A stretch of 61,623 nucleotides of DNA, taken from assembly GCA_964405375.1 (NCBI GenBank), contig CAYONQ010000001.1:1-61623 (forward strand), in the 5' to 3' direction. Under the pieces are notes generated by a model. That model was not told where the DNA came from, searched no databases, and saw nothing but the letters and a program-made list of their open reading frames with translations. Shown piece after piece: positions 57,367 through 61,623 of the stretch (position 1 is the stretch's first letter; each line of letters opens with the position of its first letter). The DNA is from an uncultured Pirellulales bacterium. GTDB taxonomy: Bacteria; Planctomycetota; Phycisphaerae; Sedimentisphaerales; Anaerobacaceae. The position numbers and the translations under genes were made by a program.

Positions 57367-58959
57367 TTATTCGCCACGAATCGCACGCAAACACGACATC
57401 GCCTTGTGCTCGGTCTCCTCGAACTCGGTCTTCGGGACACTGTCGTGCACGATGCCCGCACCAACCCGAATATAGGCGGTATGATTCTTGACCTGCAGCG
57501 ACCTTATTGTTATGCAGCTGTCGAACTGGCCGTCCACCGTCAGATAGCAAACCGCCCCGCCGTAGTAGCCGCGCTTGGTCTTCTCAAGCCGGCGAATTAT
57601 CTTCATCGCCTCAATCTTCGGAGCGCCCGTAAGCGTGCCCATATTCATCGTGGCAAGATAGGCGTTCAAGGCATCAAGACCATCAGCAAGTGTGCCTTTA
57701 ACGTTACTTACCAGATGCTGCACCGAGGCGTACTTCTCGACCGTCAGCAGCTCGGTAACGATTCTGCTGCCCGGCCGGGCCACACGTGCAATATCGTTTC
57801 TGGCCAAATCGACCAACATTATATGCTCGGCCAATTCCTTATGGTCGAGCTTCAATTCCGCCTCATACCTAAAATCAGTGTCGGCATCGATAGTATCTCC
57901 GACCCTGCCCCTGGGCTTTGTGCCGGCTATAGGCCGAATCTCCACATTACGCGGCTCTGTCCCGCTGACACGCAGGTTCAATTCCGGACTGGAGCCAAGC
58001 AGTATCGTATTGGGGGTATTTAGATAAAACATATACGGCGAAGGATTTAATTTCCTCAGCCGTTTGTAAATATCTAACGGCTCATCCGGACAGGGCTCAA
58101 TCCTGGTCCTGCTCAAGACCACCTGAAAAATATCGCCGTCAATAATGTGCCGCTTGGCGGTCTTGACCATCTCCTCGTACTCCGGCTGACTTGTATCAGC
58201 CGACGACTCTGCAAGCGGGCCGGCATACTCCCGCACCTTCGGCACATCAAGTTGTGCAATGCTGGAATAGTAATCAAGGCACTGCTGTGCCTCGGCGATT
58301 ATCTGCTCACGGTCGCCGTCGGTTATCACGCAATTGACAATCACGAAACCTTCCCCTGCCTTGTGGTCACATAGAAATATATTGTCGGCAAAGTAAAGCT
58401 CATAATCGGGATTGCCCAGCAGGTCGTCTTCATTGGGCGGAAGTTCCTCAAACTGGTCTATGAAATCGTAGCTTATAGCCCCGAGCAGTCCGCAGTTTAC
58501 GCGAAACGGCTTGCTGGCTAACCGAAACGCAAACGCCACCGCCCGCAGCACATCCATCTGATTTACGCTCGTCAGCCGGCTCCGCTCATCAACTATTTCT
58601 TTAGTTTGTTTAATCCTGCCGGTAATTTGCTCGTCGCCGAATTTGACCGATTCGCAGAAAGCGAACCTGTCCTTATCGGCTGATAGATATTTCAGCATTC
58701 GGCTGCCGGTATCGCTCAGGGCCTTTATGGTAAACTCGGCACCGGTGCCGGTAAGATATAGCGCCGGCCTTGCTGTACCGAAACTGAGTGCATTTTCCGC
58801 TAAATAGTCGCTCGCCTCGAGCAAGCAGCAATTCTTTGCCCGGCCGTAGTCGCTGAGCCGCGCAAAGAAATCCACCGGCTCAGCTATGTCAATCTCTTTG
58901 ACAATCGGCACAATCTCGCCGGGCGAGGCATCAAGTATTATCTCTCGATAATCTTCCAT
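57367..58959 (-). CDS. trpE: Anthranilate synthase component I
   Basis: Motifs are LLEASD, SPSPYMFYL, GTLTGAPK and RGYYGGAV. Confidence 0.95.
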   Translation of the reverse strand: MEDYREIILDASPGEIVPIVKEIDIAEPVDFFARLSDYGRAKNCCLLEASDYLAENALSFGTARPALYLTGTGAEFTIKALSDTGSRMLKYLSADKDRFAFCESVKFGDEQITGRIKQTKEIVDERSRLTSVNQMDVLRAVAFAFRLASKPFRVNCGLLGAISYDFIDQFEELPPNEDDLLGNPDYELYFADNIFLCDHKAGEGFVIVNCVITDGDREQIIAEAQQCLDYYSSIAQLDVPKVREYAGPLAESSADTSQPEYEEMVKTAKRHIIDGDIFQVVLSRTRIEPCPDEPLDIYKRLRKLNPSPYMFYLNTPNTILLGSSPELNLRVSGTEPRNVEIRPIAGTKPRGRVGDTIDADTDFRYEAELKLDHKELAEHIMLVDLARNDIARVARPGSRIVTELLTVEKYASVQHLVSNVKGTLADGLDALNAYLATMNMGTLTGAPKIEAMKIIRRLEKTKRGYYGGAVCYLTVDGQFDSCITIRSLQVKNHTAYIRVGAGIVHDSVPKTEFEETEHKAMSCLRAIRGE

Positions 58960-59001
58960 TTCTCACATCACGTAACACTATGTTGAAAACTCGCAACGAC
59001 C

Positions 59002-59140
59002 GTCATTCCTTCGCTTCGCTCCGCCATTAGGTGCTCTGCGGAAAGGACAGGTCTGAACACGGCAACAGCAAAGTGAAGAATCTCCTTACCGCTCGAAAAC
59101 GGTGAGATTTTTCGCCCATTTTCGGCGGACTCAGAATGAC
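59002..59140 (-). other. Roughly 140-nt nested-helix element in the trpE 5' leader
   Basis: Four nested complementary pairs were read from the sequence: 59002-59008/59134-59140 (gtcattc/gaatgac), 59020-59025/59124-59129 (tccgcc/ggcgga), 59079-59084/59104-59109 (aatctc/gagatt) and 59088-59091/59100-59103 (accg/cggt). Confidence 0.45.
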
Positions 59141-59318
59141 ACCGAAGCTTCTCAATGGCGCAATTTCGTAGCTGTTTTTTGCATTTTTTCACAATTATTC
59201 CTCACTTTTTTCTTTTTTTTTTGCAATTTCTCTTCGCTTTTTTACATCTTTTCGCAATTTTTCTCCACTTTTCTACCTTTCTTAAGCAGCTTTTACCCCA
59301 AAATCACCCAAAATACAA

Positions 59319-59357
59319 TAAAAAACGCAGCTTGCTATCCGACAGGCTGCGTTTTTT
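59319..59357. terminator. Bidirectional rho-independent terminator (A-run, aacgcagc ... gctgcgtt, T-run)
   Basis: The stems are 59324-59331 and 59346-59353, flanked by aaaaaa and tttttt. It lies downstream of the ankyrin gene and upstream of the trp leader. Confidence 0.7.
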
Positions 59358-59803
59358 CACAAATACAATAATTTCTTAACAGCAAATTACCGCTCACCTG
59401 CCGGACTTATCCTGCAGGCCACCACCACTCAATGGTATTTTTACGGTTAATTTGCCTCATAATACTGACATTAAACCAATTCCATTCAACTTTGTCAAGC
59501 AGAAATGAGGTACTACACCTCTCGCTATTAAGCCGGCTTACGTGCCATAATGCATTTTTCTGATTTTAAAGAGATTGGCTTGAAACAGCAGGGAAAAACA
59601 GTAAAAAAGTAATCAAGCAGTGGCGAAATTTAAGCTCCCTGCTTAATCAAAGAATAACGCTTATATTCAATAACACTGAATTTACCGGCAACTGCACCGG
59701 TATAGACCCTGAAAGGGGCTTAATCCTGCAATTAGACACCGGCGGGGTAAGAATGTTCGACGCCGCTCACACAACAATCGCAAAATAAAAACATATCTAT
59801 GTG

Positions 59804-61387
59804 TCAATGACTTACCCATTCCGCGAACAACGAAAGCTCTTGCGGAGTATAACCATTCTTGTCCTTAGCGTTTATATCAGCACCCTTGTTAATCAACAAC
59901 TGTTCTATACTCTGGTGACCAAACACACTTGCATAGTGCAGCGGCGTCTGTTCAGATCGATTTGCGGCATCAACAGCGGCGCCACTACCCAGAAACAACT
60001 TCACAATTTCAGCATGTCCCCACTGTGCTGCCGAATGAAGTGGTGTATCGCCTACCACAAAAACCACCCGTATCAATCCCATTATCTGAAGTCTTGGATT
60101 TCGCTGTTGCTTTGCCCTAGCCCGACGGTACCTCAACAGCTCAGAAATCGTATCAAAATCATCCGGCGGAATCGCGTCAATGTTACTTCTCGCTTCGGAT
60201 GCCTTGGTGTTAACATTCGCCCCCGCTTGCAGCAAGAGTTGTACTATATCGTTATGCCCTTTTGCCGCTGCCCAATGTAGCGCACTTTCGCCACTTTTTC
60301 CTTGTTTGTTAACATCAACTCCGCTTTCTAACAACATCCTCACAACCGCCCTATTACCTAAAGCCGCCGCCAAATGCAAACTCGGCAGGCCGAACCTGCT
60401 CGTCCCATTTGGGTCTGCACCATGCGCCAAAAGGAGTTCGGCTATCTCGGTCTCACCGGCCCGGACTGCTGTGCCCAACACCGACTCCCGCAAACCGCTG
60501 TCTACAGCATTGGCCAGTGACGGATTACCCCGGAGCAGCTCCTCTACCTTCTGCAGGTCTCCGAGCCAGGCCGCATCGCTGATTGCGTACTCTGCTCCTC
60601 GCGAGACAAGAAGGCGGGCCGTTGCTTTCATTGCTTTTTCATCAACGGTTCTATCCACTGCTTGTACCGCCCAGTTCAGCGCTGTCAATCCCCGGTCATC
60701 TCGGGCTTTTATATCTGCTCCGCTTGCCAAAAGAAGCTCAGCCACCTTCCGCCTGCCGCGCTTTGCAGCCCAATGAAGCGGAGTTTGGCCATACTTGCTC
60801 TTTGCATCCACTTTGGCCCCATGTTTTATAAGCACCTTTGCCGCCTCTGTGGCTCCGTCTTTTGCGATGAAATGCAAAGGCGTAATATCCAGCTTGTCCT
60901 GCCAGTTAACGTCGGCGCCATTGGCAATTAATGCCTCGGCAACATCGCCATTTGATGCATAACATAAAGGCGACCGCTGCAACTTGTGTTGTTCACCATT
61001 TATATCACCACCATAAGATACAAGAGGCGCCACCACATTTGCGTGTCCTCCCCTAGCTGCTACCTCAAGCGCGGACACACCATGTTCGTCTCGCACGTTG
61101 GCTTCGGCGCCTTTGGAAAGTAACAGTTCGACAAGATCGCTATGCCCATACATTACAGCAAGGTGCAGGGCAGGTATACGTATGCCCTTGCCCCTGGTAT
61201 TAACCGCAGACACAAGATTCGGGTCATTTGTTAAGAACTGCTGAACAGCTTTGAGGTCGCCGGCGATTATAGCGTCGAAATATGTATTTTGTATTTCGAC
61301 CTCAGTAGCACCCCTGGCTTGGCTATAAAACAGCAACCCCAAACTTAAGACCAAGACTGAAGATAGCATTATCTTGCGTTTACTCAT
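59804..61387 (-). CDS. Secreted ankyrin-repeat protein (about 13 repeats)
   Basis: A signal peptide (MSKRKIMLSSVLVLSLGLLFYSQARG) is present. Repeated TPLHxAAxxGHxxxVxLLLxxGAxxN units follow. Confidence 0.9.
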   Translation of the reverse strand: MSKRKIMLSSVLVLSLGLLFYSQARGATEVEIQNTYFDAIIAGDLKAVQQFLTNDPNLVSAVNTRGKGIRIPALHLAVMYGHSDLVELLLSKGAEANVRDEHGVSALEVAARGGHANVVAPLVSYGGDINGEQHKLQRSPLCYASNGDVAEALIANGADVNWQDKLDITPLHFIAKDGATEAAKVLIKHGAKVDAKSKYGQTPLHWAAKRGRRKVAELLLASGADIKARDDRGLTALNWAVQAVDRTVDEKAMKATARLLVSRGAEYAISDAAWLGDLQKVEELLRGNPSLANAVDSGLRESVLGTAVRAGETEIAELLLAHGADPNGTSRFGLPSLHLAAALGNRAVVRMLLESGVDVNKQGKSGESALHWAAAKGHNDIVQLLLQAGANVNTKASEARSNIDAIPPDDFDTISELLRYRRARAKQQRNPRLQIMGLIRVVFVVGDTPLHSAAQWGHAEIVKLFLGSGAAVDAANRSEQTPLHYASVFGHQSIEQLLINKGADINAKDKNGYTPQELSLFAEWVSH

Positions 61388-61623
61388 TATCTTATCCTCT
61401 CTGTCAAATCCGCCTTTATTAGTTTATTATAGCACCTTATTCGTCCGAAGGCCCGCAAAATCTGATTTAATGATATGTTTTGCGCCCAACCCATTCGATT
61501 CTGCGAAAAAAACCAAACCTCAGGCTCCATCCTCGACTTTATCTGCCAGCCATATTTTGCTATGCCTTTGGCGTGACCCCCGAAAACTGTACCATTGTCA
61601 ATTAGAGAGTATCCGATAAAATC

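Noticed and set aside
57358-58027. 221-aa and 111-aa ORFs antisense to trpE
   Set aside because: They are nested in a confidently identified gene, with no independent signals.
58968-59192. 74-aa minus-strand ORF upstream of trpE as a Trp leader peptide
   Set aside because: It contains no Trp codons and is far longer than attenuator leader peptides. The sequence is better explained as structured or repeat RNA.
59102-59379. F/L-rich ORFs of 89 and 74 aa on the plus strand
   Set aside because: They are translations of the polypyrimidine (T-run) tract, with no RBS or plausible fold.
60180-60776. 198-aa ORF antisense to the ankyrin-repeat gene
   Set aside because: It is an Ala/Ser/Pro-rich antisense frame of a repeat gene. 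The ankyrin frame is unambiguous.

Overview
The window looks like a chromosomal segment of a Planctomycetota-like bacterium. The evidence is a partial 16S rRNA with a GGCTGCAG-type EUB338 target region, many secreted LamG, dockerin-like and TPR proteins, and frequent starts without a Shine-Dalgarno sequence. Most of it is densely packed housekeeping and envelope genes: smc, an M16 peptidase pair, folC, a Ser/Thr kinase with a PP2C phosphatase, a glycogen cluster (glycosyltransferase, GH57, debranching enzyme) and a trpEGDFBA operon that lacks trpC. I found no tRNA, CRISPR array, transposase, integrase or phage gene. The strongest candidate for an undescribed system is 14115-20890. It is a translationally coupled operon made of the function-unknown AmmeMemoRadiSam trio (radical SAM, plus a membrane-anchored Memo-AMMECR1 fusion), a 60-aa mini-ORF with a Tat-like signal, and a 1336-aa megaprotein. 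The megaprotein fuses a polytopic spermidine-synthase-like module to a NosR-like FMN-binding/CX3CP/4Fe-4S module. Other notable signals are listed below.
- Phase-locked 7-bp tandem 'word' arrays fill several intercistronic gaps right up to the start codons, analogous to cyanobacterial STRR repeats.
- A conserved 'gtgNNctaaa' tandem-plus-inverted element sits in two unrelated operons.
- A roughly 555-bp inverted duplication (small acidic protein plus its leader) brackets a 17.7-kb glycosylation and envelope segment.
- A 61-aa protein resembles a bacterial histone-fold (DUF1931/HBb-like) protein.
- A serine protease-TPR gene is frameshifted in a C6 run.
- A FlgI-like/HEAT lipoprotein lies outside any flagellar context.
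All family assignments come from motif recognition by eye and need HMM or BLAST confirmation.
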